From a virus (Duplodnaviria > Caudoviricetes): a DNA stretch of 40,095 nucleotides. The position numbers and the translations under genes were made by a program. Shown here piece after piece: positions 16,667 to 26,675 of the stretch. The notes beneath the pieces are model-generated. The model had not been told where the DNA came from. It was given only the letters and a program-made list of their open reading frames with translations, and made no database searches. The stretch covers positions 1-40,095 of IMG/VR virus record IMGVR_UViG_3300016654_000300. One strand, given 5' to 3'. Positions within the stretch are counted from its first letter, which is position 1. Each line of letters opens with the position of its first letter.

Positions 16667-17017
16667 ATGAGCAACCCAGAACGCCAAACCTATGTACCGG
16701 ACCAACTGTCCGCCGGTGCCTTCCCGGTGATGATCGACACCGCCGTGATCGCTTCCGGCCAGAAGCTCAGTCGGGGCGCCGTCCTTGGGCAAGTAACGGC
16801 CAGTGGCGAATACGTGCTGTGCAAGGCCGCAGCAACCGATGGCTCCGAAGCTCCTTCGGCTGTACTGGATCAGTCCACTGATACGACCTCAGGCGCGCAG
16901 GTCGCGCCAATCCGCCTGACCGGTGAAGTGCTGGCCAGTCAACTCACTCTTGGCGAGGGTTTTACTTTGGCGCAGGCAAAAACTGCGCTGCGTTCCCTGT
17001 GCCTGTTCGTTCGTTAA
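16667..17017 (+). CDS. Head decoration protein (gpD-like)
   Basis: LSRGAVLG...DGSEAPSAVL...GEV; position between protease and capsid. Confidence 0.85.
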   Translation: MSNPERQTYVPDQLSAGAFPVMIDTAVIASGQKLSRGAVLGQVTASGEYVLCKAAATDGSEAPSAVLDQSTDTTSGAQVAPIRLTGEVLASQLTLGEGFTLAQAKTALRSLCLFVR

Positions 17018-17030
17018 TCCGGAGTCTTTG

Positions 17031-18059
17031 ATGGATATTTTTGATACCCGCACCATGCTTGAAGCGGTCGAGCAGATGCCAACCGCGCGGCGCTTTTTGC
17101 TGAACACTTTTTTCAACGGTGGCAGTCCTGTCACGTTCCCGACCAAAACCGTGGACATCGACATCATCAAAGGCAAACGCAAAATGGCGCCGTTTGTTAA
17201 TCCTCGCCTGCCGGGCAGCGTGTCGTTGCGCGAAGGCTATACCACCAGCACCTACAGTCCGCCGTACATTCAGCCCAAGCGCGAGACCACCGCCGAGCTT
17301 GTGCTCAAGCGTTCGGCCGGCGACAACCCGTTTTCCTCGCGTACTCCGCTGGAGCGTGCCGGGCAATTGCTCGGTAAGGACCTGCGCGATCTGGACGACG
17401 AAATCATCCGCCGGGAAGAATGGATGTGCGCCCAGGCACTTACGACCGGAAAGGTTCGCGTCGTGGGGGAAGGGGTGGATGACACCATCGACTTCCGGAT
17501 GGCCCCCGATCACAAGATCAGCCTAGGCAGCGGTCAGTGGGGCACCCAAGACGGCGACCCCATTGCCAATCTTCGCAGCTGGAAACGCAAGATTGCCAAG
17601 GATTCCGGGCGCACGGCAAACACCGTAGCCATGAGCGGTGAAGCACTGGATGCGTTCCAGTCGAACGAGAAGGTGATGAAGCAGCTCAACACTCGCCGCG
17701 TTGACATGGGCTTGATCAAGCCAGAGGAACTGCCAGACGGCGTGACTTACCTGGGCTATCTGAATGATCCCGGCGTCGACCTTTACGGTTACGACGAGTG
17801 GTATCTGGATGACGAGGATGACGAGCAGCCAATGATTCCGGCAGGTGGCTTGATTCTCGGCTCGACTTCCACGCGCAACGCCATGCTGTACGGGGCGATT
17901 CAAGATCTGGAAGCCGTGGAAAGCGGCTTGGTCGAAGCGGCGCGCTTCCCGAAGAGCTGGGTGACCCAAGAGCCGAGCGCTCGTTGGCTGAAGCTGCAGA
18001 GCGCGGCGTTGGCTGGGCTGCTCGAACCGGATGCGTTCATTTACGCCAAGGTGGTGTGA
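17031..18059 (+). CDS. Major capsid protein (lambda E family)
   Basis: MAPFVNP, PPYIQPK and RREEWMCAQALTTGK motifs. Confidence 0.93.
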   Translation: MDIFDTRTMLEAVEQMPTARRFLLNTFFNGGSPVTFPTKTVDIDIIKGKRKMAPFVNPRLPGSVSLREGYTTSTYSPPYIQPKRETTAELVLKRSAGDNPFSSRTPLERAGQLLGKDLRDLDDEIIRREEWMCAQALTTGKVRVVGEGVDDTIDFRMAPDHKISLGSGQWGTQDGDPIANLRSWKRKIAKDSGRTANTVAMSGEALDAFQSNEKVMKQLNTRRVDMGLIKPEELPDGVTYLGYLNDPGVDLYGYDEWYLDDEDDEQPMIPAGGLILGSTSTRNAMLYGAIQDLEAVESGLVEAARFPKSWVTQEPSARWLKLQSAALAGLLEPDAFIYAKVV

Positions 18060-18060
18060 C

Positions 18061-18279
18061 ATGGCCAAGAAAGCCGATTTTCTGGTGATCGACGGTTGCG
18101 TGCAGGATGGCCGTGTCGTTGTTGTGAAGGGCGAGCCTTACAGTCCACCAAGTAAAGAAGTTGAGGAAGCGTTACTCGCCGAGGGGCGAATCGCTCCATT
18201 CAAGGACCCCAGAGCACAAGAACTGCTGCGCCAACAATCGGGCGTTGCCAATGGGGACGACGACAGCGGCGGTGAGTGA
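18061..18279 (+). CDS. Hypothetical head-associated protein (gpFI position)
   Basis: 72 aa directly after the capsid gene. Confidence 0.65.
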   Translation: MAKKADFLVIDGCVQDGRVVVVKGEPYSPPSKEVEEALLAEGRIAPFKDPRAQELLRQQSGVANGDDDSGGE

Positions 18280-18593
18280 TGGGCTTTCGCGAATTGAGCG
18301 ACGACATGGACACCTTGGTGCTGGATGGCTTGGGCGACATGGCAACGGTCGGCGGTCGAGAGATCGCCGGTTTCTTTTCCGCGCCATGGCTGCAGCCGCG
18401 CATGGGGCGGATCAACACCGCCTTGCGCGAGCCGCAGTTTGAGATGCGCGTCGTCGACGCAGCGGGTGTTGAGCCGGGGCAACTGGTCGTTGTAGATCTG
18501 GCAAAGCAGGATGGGGGAGGCCAGTACGATCTGGTCAAGCTGGAGCCGGATGGTTCCGGCTGGGTGGCATTGCTCTTGAGGGCGAAAGCATGA
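18276..18593 (+). CDS. Head-tail joining protein (gpFII-like)
   Basis: Beta-rich, C-terminal EPDGSGWVALLL; synteny. Confidence 0.7.
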   Translation: MMGFRELSDDMDTLVLDGLGDMATVGGREIAGFFSAPWLQPRMGRINTALREPQFEMRVVDAAGVEPGQLVVVDLAKQDGGGQYDLVKLEPDGSGWVALLLRAKA

Positions 18594-19246
18594 GCGTCGG
18601 CAGCTATTTCAAACCCTCAGCCAGTGGCGGGATGATCTCGCTGCAAACCTCGGCGGCAGACTTGAAAGCCTTTCAGGACTTTGCCGCCCTGGTGCCGAAA
18701 GCAGCATCCAATGCCCAGCGCCGTGCGATCAACAAAACCCTGCGCTGGCTTGCTACCCATATCGCCCGCGCCGTCGGGAGGCAGGAGCGCATTGCGGTGG
18801 CCGCTGTACGGCAACGTCTGCGGACCTACCCGGTAAGCGGCGGCGCGAACAGCGGCAAATTGTGGTTCGGCCTCAACGCCATGGAAGCCAGCCGCATAGG
18901 CCGTGCACGGCAAACCCGATCCGGTGTGTCAGTCGCGGGGCGACGTTTCCAGGGCGCGTTCCACAAGCGAGTCTATGGGAGCAGCGCAGATGTCTGGATC
19001 CGCGTTGGCAGCAAGCATTTCAAATCTTCGGATTACCCCGATAGCGATGTCAGTGCAGCCAGCGGCGCGAGTTCGGGTTGGATTGCCGAACATGACAACC
19101 GCTTTCCGTTGGCCAAAGCCAAGGTGTCGCTAGAGCAAGCCCGACCGCACTTCGATAGCTGGGTGCGCAAAGCAGACGAACACCTGGTGCATGTCCTGCA
19201 GCAGGAACTCAATTTTGAAGTGCAGAAGTACTTAAGGGGGAAATGA
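18590..19246 (+). CDS. Minor tail protein (gpZ-like)
   Basis: Basic; RRAINKTLRW, LWFGLN and FQGAF motifs. Confidence 0.75.
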   Translation: MSVGSYFKPSASGGMISLQTSAADLKAFQDFAALVPKAASNAQRRAINKTLRWLATHIARAVGRQERIAVAAVRQRLRTYPVSGGANSGKLWFGLNAMEASRIGRARQTRSGVSVAGRRFQGAFHKRVYGSSADVWIRVGSKHFKSSDYPDSDVSAASGASSGWIAEHDNRFPLAKAKVSLEQARPHFDSWVRKADEHLVHVLQQELNFEVQKYLRGK

Positions 19247-19250
19247 CGAG

Positions 19251-19772
19251 ATGGACTCAGTCGACGAACCGTTCAGTCTTGAGCAGCTGTATCGGGCCAT
19301 TGAGCATCATGTTCAGGATCATTTGCCTGGTGTTCAGACGGTTGCGGTCTGGCCCAACATTGATGATCGCATCGCCTTGCCCGCGGTGCTGGTGGAACTG
19401 GCAGAAATGGAACCGGGCATTGATTCGGGGACGGGAGAAACCAGCTTGTCCTGCAAGTTCGAGGCGCGGGTGATCACGGATCCGATCCAGCCCGACCATC
19501 ATCAGCAAGCAGTGTTCTTGGCGGGGCAGTTGGCCGTTCTGCTACGGGCGCAGTCATGGGGCGTAGAGGTCGAGCCAGCCGAGTTCGTTCAGGCCATGCA
19601 GGACTGGACCAAACCCGAACTGGACGGCTACACGGTCTGGGTCGTGGAATGGACTCAGCAAGTCTATCTCGGCCCGGAAGAATGGCTCTGGCCTGACGAG
19701 CCGCCGGGCATGTTGCTCATTGGATTCAACAACGACGCCAAAGAGGACTTTGTCCCTGCGGAGGATGTGTGA
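19251..19772 (+). CDS. Putative tail completion/terminator protein
   Basis: Acidic; PAVLVEL and YTVWVVEWTQ motifs; precedes the spike gene. Confidence 0.65.
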   Translation: MDSVDEPFSLEQLYRAIEHHVQDHLPGVQTVAVWPNIDDRIALPAVLVELAEMEPGIDSGTGETSLSCKFEARVITDPIQPDHHQQAVFLAGQLAVLLRAQSWGVEVEPAEFVQAMQDWTKPELDGYTVWVVEWTQQVYLGPEEWLWPDEPPGMLLIGFNNDAKEDFVPAEDV

Positions 19773-20338
19773 GTGGCTATGCGAGTGCCCAGCACGACCG
19801 TATGCTCGCCGGGGTGGTTAAAGCTTGCTATGTGGTGGCGCTGGATCTGTCGGCATCGCCGCCGGTGTGCCGAGTGTCGGATGGCAGTGATTGGGTCAGC
19901 GCCTGGGTGCGCTGGCACAGCATCGCGGCGGGAAAGGCCAGGCACTGGCGGGCGCCGTCCATGGGCGAGCAGGGCAGTTTGATCAGTCCCAGCGGTGACG
20001 TGTCACAAGGCACGTTTGTCCCGGGCCTTTACGGGAATGCCGGACCGCCGCCGGACAACCGTGACCACGTCGAGGTCTGGCGTTTCGATGATGGCGGCTC
20101 GCTGGTCTACGACTGGCAGGCCAAGAGCTACAGCATCACTCTGCCGAGCGGGACGGTGACCATCAAAGTGGCCAGCACGGAAGCGGTCGTAACCGATAGC
20201 GCGGTGAACGTGACCACCGGCAACATCAATCTGAAAGCAGCGGTGATGATCGAAGGCGCGCTGCACGTTACCAAGGGCATCACCAGCGCCGGCGCAATTA
20301 TTGATGCCACCGGCAACAGCAATCACCATACGCATTAA
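19769..20338 (+). CDS. Baseplate spike, P2 gpV family
   Basis: WRAPSMGEQ, SPSGD, FDDG and C-terminal HTH (HxH) metal-binding tip. Confidence 0.92.
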   Translation: MSGYASAQHDRMLAGVVKACYVVALDLSASPPVCRVSDGSDWVSAWVRWHSIAAGKARHWRAPSMGEQGSLISPSGDVSQGTFVPGLYGNAGPPPDNRDHVEVWRFDDGGSLVYDWQAKSYSITLPSGTVTIKVASTEAVVTDSAVNVTTGNINLKAAVMIEGALHVTKGITSAGAIIDATGNSNHHTH

Positions 20339-20350
20339 TTCATTCAAAAC

Positions 20351-20373
20351 AGCCCGCCCAGTGCGGGCTTTTT
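20351..20373 (+). terminator. Terminator-like hairpin
   Basis: AGCCCGC-CCAGT-GCGGGCT-TTTT. Confidence 0.65.
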
Positions 20374-20390
20374 CATGCCTGGAGAAATAC

Positions 20391-20639
20391 ATGGCCAAGA
20401 TCGATACGACCGTCACTGAGGCGCAAGCGTCCTCTGAACCAGTAATTGCATCCTCAATGTTCTCATCGCCGGAGTTCTTGAAATTCCGCGACAAGGTTTA
20501 CACGTCGCGACTGTTGATCGTGCCCGGAACTGACCGTTCCTATCCGGTCGAGAAGGCGACGGTCGTTGTGCCGGCCTCCGACATCGAGGCGGTCAAGTTC
20601 CTGAAAGCCAGCGAAGAATACGAGCCGTTCAAGGAGTGA
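20391..20639 (+). CDS. Hypothetical tail-region protein
   Basis: GGAGA SD; FRDKVYTSRLLI motif; 82 aa. Confidence 0.7.
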   Translation: MAKIDTTVTEAQASSEPVIASSMFSSPEFLKFRDKVYTSRLLIVPGTDRSYPVEKATVVVPASDIEAVKFLKASEEYEPFKE

Positions 20640-20644
20640 CATAG

Positions 20645-20971
20645 ATGATCGGAATGGATCGCCACACCGGCCAACCCATTTCCGGCATCAAGCACTTGCG
20701 CCAATCCATCGCAGACATCTTGGGCACGCCGCTGGGCAGTCGCCGGCACCGTATGGAATACGGCAGCAAGCTGCGCCGGTTTGTCGATTTGCCCGTTAAC
20801 GACGGCTGGAAAAGCGCCGTACAGGCTGAAGTCGCCCGCGCTCTAGGGCGCTGGGAGCCGCGTTTGAAGCTGGATCAGGTGCGCGTCATCTCCGTCATTG
20901 GCGGGCAAATCAATCTGCAAATCGTCGGGAAGTACCTGGGCGACAGCGTCACGTTGGAGGTGGCCGCATGA
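20645..20971 (+). CDS. Baseplate wedge gpW/gp25 family
   Basis: HLRQSIADILGTPLGSR...YGS...RWEPR. Confidence 0.93.
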   Translation: MIGMDRHTGQPISGIKHLRQSIADILGTPLGSRRHRMEYGSKLRRFVDLPVNDGWKSAVQAEVARALGRWEPRLKLDQVRVISVIGGQINLQIVGKYLGDSVTLEVAA

Positions 20972-21849
20972 GTACCGTTGATCTGTCGTCGTTGCCGGCG
21001 CCGACCGTGTTGGAGCCTCTGGACTTCGAAGAGGTTTATCAGGATGGGCTGGGCGTGTTTCGCGGGTACATGGGTGGCAACTGGACGGCCGCGCTGGAAA
21101 GCGATCCAGTGGTCAAGACGCTTGAGGTTGGGGCTTATATCAAGGTCGGCAACCGCGCCCGGGTCAATGACGCCGGCAAGGCGCTACTGCTCGCGCACGC
21201 TATTCGCGGTGACCTCGATCAGTTAGGGGCTAACGTCAATCTGAAGCGCCTGGTTATCCAGGCCGAGGATCTGCTGGCGGTGCCGCCGGTGCCCAAGGTC
21301 ATGGAAGAAGACGACCCGTTTCGCGAACGCATCCAGTTGGCCTATGAGGGCTTGACCACGGCCGGCCCGCGTAACAGCTACATCCTGCACGCGCGTAACG
21401 CTTCGGGGCTGGTGGCGGATGCCACGGCTGAAAGCCCGGCGCCTTGTTACGTTACGGTAACGGTGCTGGGGCTGGACGGGGAAGGCGAAGCGTCGCCGGA
21501 GCTGCTGGCCACTGTCGCCGCTGCGTTGAACGACGAAGACGTGCGCCCGGTCGGTGATCGGGTGACCGTGCAGAGTGCGCAGGTGATCCGCTACGAGATT
21601 GACGCCATCTTGCATATGGCCGGAGCCGGCCCCGAAGCGGATGCCAGTTTGGCCGAAGCGAAAAGCCGATTGGCCGGCTGGATCAATCCACGCAAGCGGC
21701 TGGGCGTCGAGGTCGCACGCTCCGCTGTTGACGCTCAGTTGCACGTTGCCGGCGTTGCACGGGTTGAGTTGGTCGGGTGGCAGGACTTGGCCCCGACCAA
21801 GGCTCAGGCGGCGTTCTGCACGCGCTACAAAGTGAGGCTGGCGGGCTGA
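20968..21849 (+). CDS. Baseplate J protein
   Basis: DLSSLPAP, ESDP, AGPRNSY and VRPVGDRVTV motifs. Confidence 0.93.
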   Translation: MSTVDLSSLPAPTVLEPLDFEEVYQDGLGVFRGYMGGNWTAALESDPVVKTLEVGAYIKVGNRARVNDAGKALLLAHAIRGDLDQLGANVNLKRLVIQAEDLLAVPPVPKVMEEDDPFRERIQLAYEGLTTAGPRNSYILHARNASGLVADATAESPAPCYVTVTVLGLDGEGEASPELLATVAAALNDEDVRPVGDRVTVQSAQVIRYEIDAILHMAGAGPEADASLAEAKSRLAGWINPRKRLGVEVARSAVDAQLHVAGVARVELVGWQDLAPTKAQAAFCTRYKVRLAG

Positions 21850-21850
21850 T

Positions 21851-22456
21851 ATGAAAAGTCTACTGCCGCTCAATAGCACGCAACTGGAACGGGCCATGGA
21901 GGCCGCGTTTTTCGAAAAGACGATTGTCCCGCTGCGCGACCTCTACAACCCCGACACCTGTCCGGTGCATCTGCTGCCGCATCTGGCGTGGGCGTGGTCG
22001 GTCGATCGCTGGGATTACCGATGGTCTGAGGCGACCAAGCGCGCGGCCATCAAAGCGTCGTTTTACATCCACAAACACAAGGGCACGATCGGCGCGATAC
22101 GTCGTGTGGTCGAGCCGCTGGGCTATCTGATCGAGATTATCGAGTGGTTCAAGATGGCGCCCGAGGGCGTGCCGGGAACCTTTGCACTGAAGATTGGCGT
22201 ACTCGATACCGGCATCACTGAAGAAATGTATCAGGAGCTTGAGCGCCTGATCGACGACGCCAAGCCCGTCACGCGGCATCTGACCGGGCTGGCGATCAGC
22301 CTCGAAACCAAAGGCGATCTGAACATTGCCGTTTCCCTTTATGACGGCGACGAAATTGACGTTTACCCACCCGTCATGCGTGACATCGAGGTCACCGGCA
22401 GCTTCGGCATGGTCGGTCGCGAACACTCTATAGACACTCTGGATATCTATTCATGA
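21851..22456 (+). CDS. Tail protein I (P2 gpI)
   Basis: CPVHLLPHLAWAWSVDRW, HKHKGT and AKPVTRH motifs. Confidence 0.93.
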   Translation: MKSLLPLNSTQLERAMEAAFFEKTIVPLRDLYNPDTCPVHLLPHLAWAWSVDRWDYRWSEATKRAAIKASFYIHKHKGTIGAIRRVVEPLGYLIEIIEWFKMAPEGVPGTFALKIGVLDTGITEEMYQELERLIDDAKPVTRHLTGLAISLETKGDLNIAVSLYDGDEIDVYPPVMRDIEVTGSFGMVGREHSIDTLDIYS

Positions 22457-24411
22457 TTGATGCGAATTCGCAGTTTTTAGCCATCCTCACGAATGTGGGC
22501 AGGGCCAAACAGGCGAATGCCGACGCGCTCGGGATTGCCTGGAAGATTACTGAAATGGGCGTGGGTGATGCCAACCCGAACGGGCTGGCGGATCCGCCGA
22601 ATCCCGTCCCGGCGGCCACTCAAACCCGACTGTTAAACGAGTGGCGGCGCAAGCCCCTGAATCAGCTACGCATTGACCCGGTCAACTCGGCGGTGATCAT
22701 CGCCGAGCAGATCATTCCGGCCGATGAGGGCGGTAAGTGGATTCGCGAAATCGGCCTCTACGATGCTGACGGGGATCTGGTGGCGGTGGCCAACTGTGCG
22801 CCGAGTTTCAAGCCGCTGCTGTCGCAAGGTTCGGGCCGCACGCAAGTCGTGCGCATGAACTTCGTGGTCACCAGTACCGGCAACATCACGCTAAAGATCG
22901 ATCCGGCGGTGGTGCTGGCTACTCGCGAATACGTCGATTCGCGCATTCTGGAAGAGCTGGGCAAGCTGGACATTAAGCAGTCCGTGCGCGTGGCCACCAC
23001 GGTCAACATCAATCTGGCGGGCTTGCAGACGATTGATGGTGTCGCTCTGGCTGTGGGTGATCGTGTGTTGGTGAAAGACCAATTCGCGGCCAAGAACAAT
23101 GGCCCGTACGTGGCTGCGGTCGGGTACTGGGTTCGCGCCAAGGATGCGGACAACAACGTCGAGGTGACTCCGAATCTGACGGTAGCAGTCGAGGAGGGCG
23201 CTACACAGGCTGATAGCATTTGGCAGTTGGTGACGGATGGCCCGATTGTGGTTGGCACCACGGCGCTGACGTTCAAGGACATCACCGATGGGTTGGCCCG
23301 GTTGTTCTCGCCAAGCTTCGCGGGCAATCCGACAGCACCTACCCCTGTGCTGTTTGACAGTAGCAAGTCGTTAGCTACGACAGAGTTTGTCGCGCGCGCC
23401 GCTGGCAATTATCGCGGTTTCACCAGTCTGACGGCGTCGGCGTCATTGACCACGGCGTCGGCCGGTACATTGGTTACAGTCATCGGCTCATTTACGGTCA
23501 AACTGCCGCTGGCCAGTGATATGACCTATGGGGCCGCCATCCACTTCCTTAACATTGGTGGTGGCGTCGTTAACGTGGAGTGTGTCGGTGCGGATTCGTA
23601 CAACGTCGGCAGCGGGGCCCATCCTGTCAGCATCCCTTTGCAGCCTGGCGCCTCGCTGACAGTGGTGACCAGTCCCACGCAAGCAGCGTGGTGGGCGTGG
23701 GGCTCTGCACAGCTGCAATATGCCAAGGTGCAGGGCTTTACCGCGCCGCAATTTGATAACAGCAAATTGTTAGCCACAACTGAATTCGTGCAAAGAGCCT
23801 TGAACGGATACTCTTCGTTTCAGACTGTCTCGGCTTCCCGGAACGTGGCACTGGCGGACATTGGCGCGCTCGTCTGGTTTAACTCTCTTGGGTCATACAC
23901 CCTGAGCCTGCCGCCACCATCGGTAATGGGTATTCCGTATTCGGGGGCCAGCTTTACGGTATTCAGTACCTCTGTCGGGGGAACTGTTGCCGTTTCGGGT
24001 GGTGCGATCATTCAGGATCAGATGGGCGGGAATCTCACCACTTTCGCAGTTAAGCCGGGTCAGTCAGCCAAGTTTGTGGCGACCTCCCCGACCACATGGA
24101 CTGTTCTTGAGTCCACGGCCAACCTCTTAAGAAACTCGGACTTTGCCGCTGCTCTAGCGGTCACTGCTGCCAGTCAGCAGCTTCCGGGGTTAATGATCAA
24201 AGTGGGGAACATCGCCAACGCTTCCACCGCCGCAAGCATTCCGCTGACGTTTCCGGTGTCGTTTCCGAATGCCTGTGTCGCCCTGGTGCTTACGCCATGG
24301 TCAACCGGCGGCAGTGCGTACTCGCATAATGGACGAGACAAATCGGGCGCCACCATTTCCCGAGTGGCTAACGCCAATTTCTACTTTGATTACATCGCTA
24401 TCGGGTACTAA
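22453..24411 (+). CDS. Tail fibre protein
   Basis: P2 gpH-like N-terminus (GGKWIREIGL, IDPAVVLATREYVD), ATTEFV repeats, C-terminal FPVSFPNAC...YIAIGY. Confidence 0.92.
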   Translation: MIDANSQFLAILTNVGRAKQANADALGIAWKITEMGVGDANPNGLADPPNPVPAATQTRLLNEWRRKPLNQLRIDPVNSAVIIAEQIIPADEGGKWIREIGLYDADGDLVAVANCAPSFKPLLSQGSGRTQVVRMNFVVTSTGNITLKIDPAVVLATREYVDSRILEELGKLDIKQSVRVATTVNINLAGLQTIDGVALAVGDRVLVKDQFAAKNNGPYVAAVGYWVRAKDADNNVEVTPNLTVAVEEGATQADSIWQLVTDGPIVVGTTALTFKDITDGLARLFSPSFAGNPTAPTPVLFDSSKSLATTEFVARAAGNYRGFTSLTASASLTTASAGTLVTVIGSFTVKLPLASDMTYGAAIHFLNIGGGVVNVECVGADSYNVGSGAHPVSIPLQPGASLTVVTSPTQAAWWAWGSAQLQYAKVQGFTAPQFDNSKLLATTEFVQRALNGYSSFQTVSASRNVALADIGALVWFNSLGSYTLSLPPPSVMGIPYSGASFTVFSTSVGGTVAVSGGAIIQDQMGGNLTTFAVKPGQSAKFVATSPTTWTVLESTANLLRNSDFAAALAVTAASQQLPGLMIKVGNIANASTAASIPLTFPVSFPNACVALVLTPWSTGGSAYSHNGRDKSGATISRVANANFYFDYIAIGY

Positions 24412-24413
24412 GC

Positions 24414-24875
24414 ATGGCTAAGTTTTACAATTGTATCGATGAAGTCCGGGGCGGCTTTTTTGACACCGATGTTCACGGGGAAGTTGGAAGCCCGGGCTGC
24501 ACTATCCCAAAGGGTGCCAAGGAAGTTACTGATGAGCTGCACGCGGATCTTGTGGCCGCACAAAGTGAGGGGAAGTTGATTGTCCCCGATCGTGACGGTT
24601 ATCCGGTTGCGATAGATCCGCCGCCCCCGGATGCCGAGGCATTGGCCGAAGCTGAGCGCGCCTGGCGCGATGCGCAATTGGCATTGACGGATCCGCTGGT
24701 GTCCCGGCACCGCGACGAGGTCGAAGAGGGCGGTTTGACCTCGATCACGGCCGAGCAATACACCGAACTGCAAGCGTACCGCCGGCAGTTGCGCGATTGG
24801 CCGCAAGGCGAGCAATTCCCGCTCGCCGAACACCGACCGCCGGCGCCGACCTGGCTGTCAGCACAACCCGACTAA
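24414..24875 (+). CDS. Tail fibre assembly chaperone
   Basis: ERAWRDAQL...YRRQLRDWPQ...RPPAPTWL. Confidence 0.88.
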   Translation: MAKFYNCIDEVRGGFFDTDVHGEVGSPGCTIPKGAKEVTDELHADLVAAQSEGKLIVPDRDGYPVAIDPPPPDAEALAEAERAWRDAQLALTDPLVSRHRDEVEEGGLTSITAEQYTELQAYRRQLRDWPQGEQFPLAEHRPPAPTWLSAQPD

Positions 24876-24958
24876 ACGCCCCGCACTGACGGGGCGTTTT
24901 TCATTCCGTTACGCGTAACACGAACACCCTCACAGCCTCGCTTATGCGGGGCTTTTTC
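24874..24958 (+). terminator. Two tandem terminator-like hairpins
   Basis: AAACGCCCCG-CACTGA-CGGGGCGTTT+TT (24874-24901) and AGCCTCGC-TTAT-GCGGGGCT+TTTT (24934-24957). Confidence 0.7.
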
Positions 24959-24978
24959 GTTTCTGGAGATTGGACTTT

Positions 24979-26145
24979 ATGAGTTTCTTTCACGGCGTCA
25001 CGACCACTGATGTCAAGACGGGAGCGCGCACCATCTCGCTGCCGTCTTCGTCGATTATCGGTCTGTGCGACACCTTCACACCGGGCATTCTCGGCGGCGG
25101 TACGGCCAAGGCCGGCGAACTGAAGTTGATCACGACCGAGCGCGAAGCCATTGCCGCGTTCGGTGCCGACTCGGCCATCACCAAGGCCTGTCAGGCGATT
25201 TTCGTCAAAGCCAAGGCGGTGATCGTCGCCATCGGTGTGGCCAAGCTGGAAGACGCCGCGCTGCAAACCTCGGCGATCATCGGCGGTGTTCTGGCCTCGG
25301 GGCAGCGCACCGGTTTGCAGGCGCTGCTCGACGGTAAAAGCCTGTTCAACGCACAGCCGCGATTGCTGATCGCCCCGGGCCACACCGCGACTCAGGCTGT
25401 GGCCACTGCGCTCGACAGTGTGGCGCAGAAGCTGCGCGCCATCGGCATCATTGACGGCCCTGGCACCACCGATGAGGCCGCCATGGCCTACGCCGATAAC
25501 TTCGGCAGTCGCAACCTGTTCATGGTTGACCCGGGTGTGAAGTACTGGGACACCGTCACCAGCTCGACGGTCGACGCGCCCGGCTCTGCTTGGGCAGCAG
25601 GCCTGTTTGCGTGGACGGATGCTGAATACGGTTTCTGGGCCTCGCCATCGAACAAGGAATTGACCGGCATCACCGGTACCGGCCGCGCGGTCGAGTACCT
25701 GGACGGCGACGAAACGTGCCGGGCCAACCTGCTCAACAACGCCAATATCACCACGATCATTCGCGATGACGGTTATCGCCTGTGGGGCAACCGCACGCTG
25801 TCGAGCGATCCGAAGTGGGCCTTCGTTACTCGCGTTCGCACGCTGTTCATTCTCATGGATGCAGTGCAGGCCGGGCACAAATGGGCGGTTGACCGCTCGA
25901 TCACCAAGACCTATGTGGCCGATGTCACCAACGGTCTGGATGCGTTCATGCGCGACCTGAAAGCCCAGGGCGCAATCATCAACTTTGAAGTGTTCCCCGA
26001 CACCGAGCTGAACACGGCCAGCCAGATCGCCCAAGGCAAGGTGTATTGGCGCATCCGTTTCACCGACGTGCCGCCGGCAGAAAACCCGAATTTCCTTTTT
26101 GAAGTCACCGAGCAATGGATGACCGAAGTGCTTGAAGCAGCCTAA
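24979..26145 (+). CDS. Contractile tail sheath (P2 FI-like)
   Basis: FFHGVT, GFWASPSN, GYRLWGNRT and VPPAEN motifs. Confidence 0.95.
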   Translation: MSFFHGVTTTDVKTGARTISLPSSSIIGLCDTFTPGILGGGTAKAGELKLITTEREAIAAFGADSAITKACQAIFVKAKAVIVAIGVAKLEDAALQTSAIIGGVLASGQRTGLQALLDGKSLFNAQPRLLIAPGHTATQAVATALDSVAQKLRAIGIIDGPGTTDEAAMAYADNFGSRNLFMVDPGVKYWDTVTSSTVDAPGSAWAAGLFAWTDAEYGFWASPSNKELTGITGTGRAVEYLDGDETCRANLLNNANITTIIRDDGYRLWGNRTLSSDPKWAFVTRVRTLFILMDAVQAGHKWAVDRSITKTYVADVTNGLDAFMRDLKAQGAIINFEVFPDTELNTASQIAQGKVYWRIRFTDVPPAENPNFLFEVTEQWMTEVLEAA

Positions 26146-26158
26146 GGGGGCGTAGCAA

Positions 26159-26662
26159 ATGATTCCTCAAACTTTGTACAACACGAACATGTTCGTCGAC
26201 GGCGTAAATTTTGCCGGCGAAGTGCCGAGCATGACGCTGCCCAAGCTGACCACCAAGACTGACGAGTATCGCGGGGGCGGCATGGCCGGCCCTGTCGAGA
26301 TGGATCAGGGGCTCGAAAAAATGGAGGCGTCCTTTGTCACCAAAGGCGTGCGCCGTGAGTCGCTGAAGAATTTCGGTTTGGCCGATGGCACGGCATTCAA
26401 CGCCACGTTTCGTGGTGCCTTCAGGGGCCAAAAGGGCGCGGTGACGGCGGTCGTTGCAACCCTGCGCGGTCGGCTCAAAGAGGTCGACATGGGCGACTGG
26501 AAAGCCGGCGACGCCGCCGAGATCAAACACGCTATTGCGGTCACGTACTACAAGCTCGAAATCGACGGGCGCCTGATGTACGAGATCGACATGGTCGCCG
26601 GCATCCAGGTGATCGACGGCAAAGACCAACTGCTCGAAGTGCGCAACGCGCTCGGCCTGTGA
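26159..26662 (+). CDS. Tail tube protein (P2 FII-like)
   Basis: LPKL...YRGGGM, YYKLEIDG and IDG.D motifs. Confidence 0.95.
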   Translation: MIPQTLYNTNMFVDGVNFAGEVPSMTLPKLTTKTDEYRGGGMAGPVEMDQGLEKMEASFVTKGVRRESLKNFGLADGTAFNATFRGAFRGQKGAVTAVVATLRGRLKEVDMGDWKAGDAAEIKHAIAVTYYKLEIDGRLMYEIDMVAGIQVIDGKDQLLEVRNALGL

Positions 26663-26675
26663 GGAATAGATCCAG

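Noticed and set aside
22453-24875. Diversity-generating retroelement or invertible tail fibre
   Set aside because: No reverse transcriptase, no template/variable repeat pair, no invertase and no inverted second fibre segment were seen; the Rci-like recombinase is positioned as the prophage integrase.
24901-26115. 404-aa minus-strand ORF
   Set aside because: Antisense shadow of the tail sheath gene, typical of high-GC codon bias.
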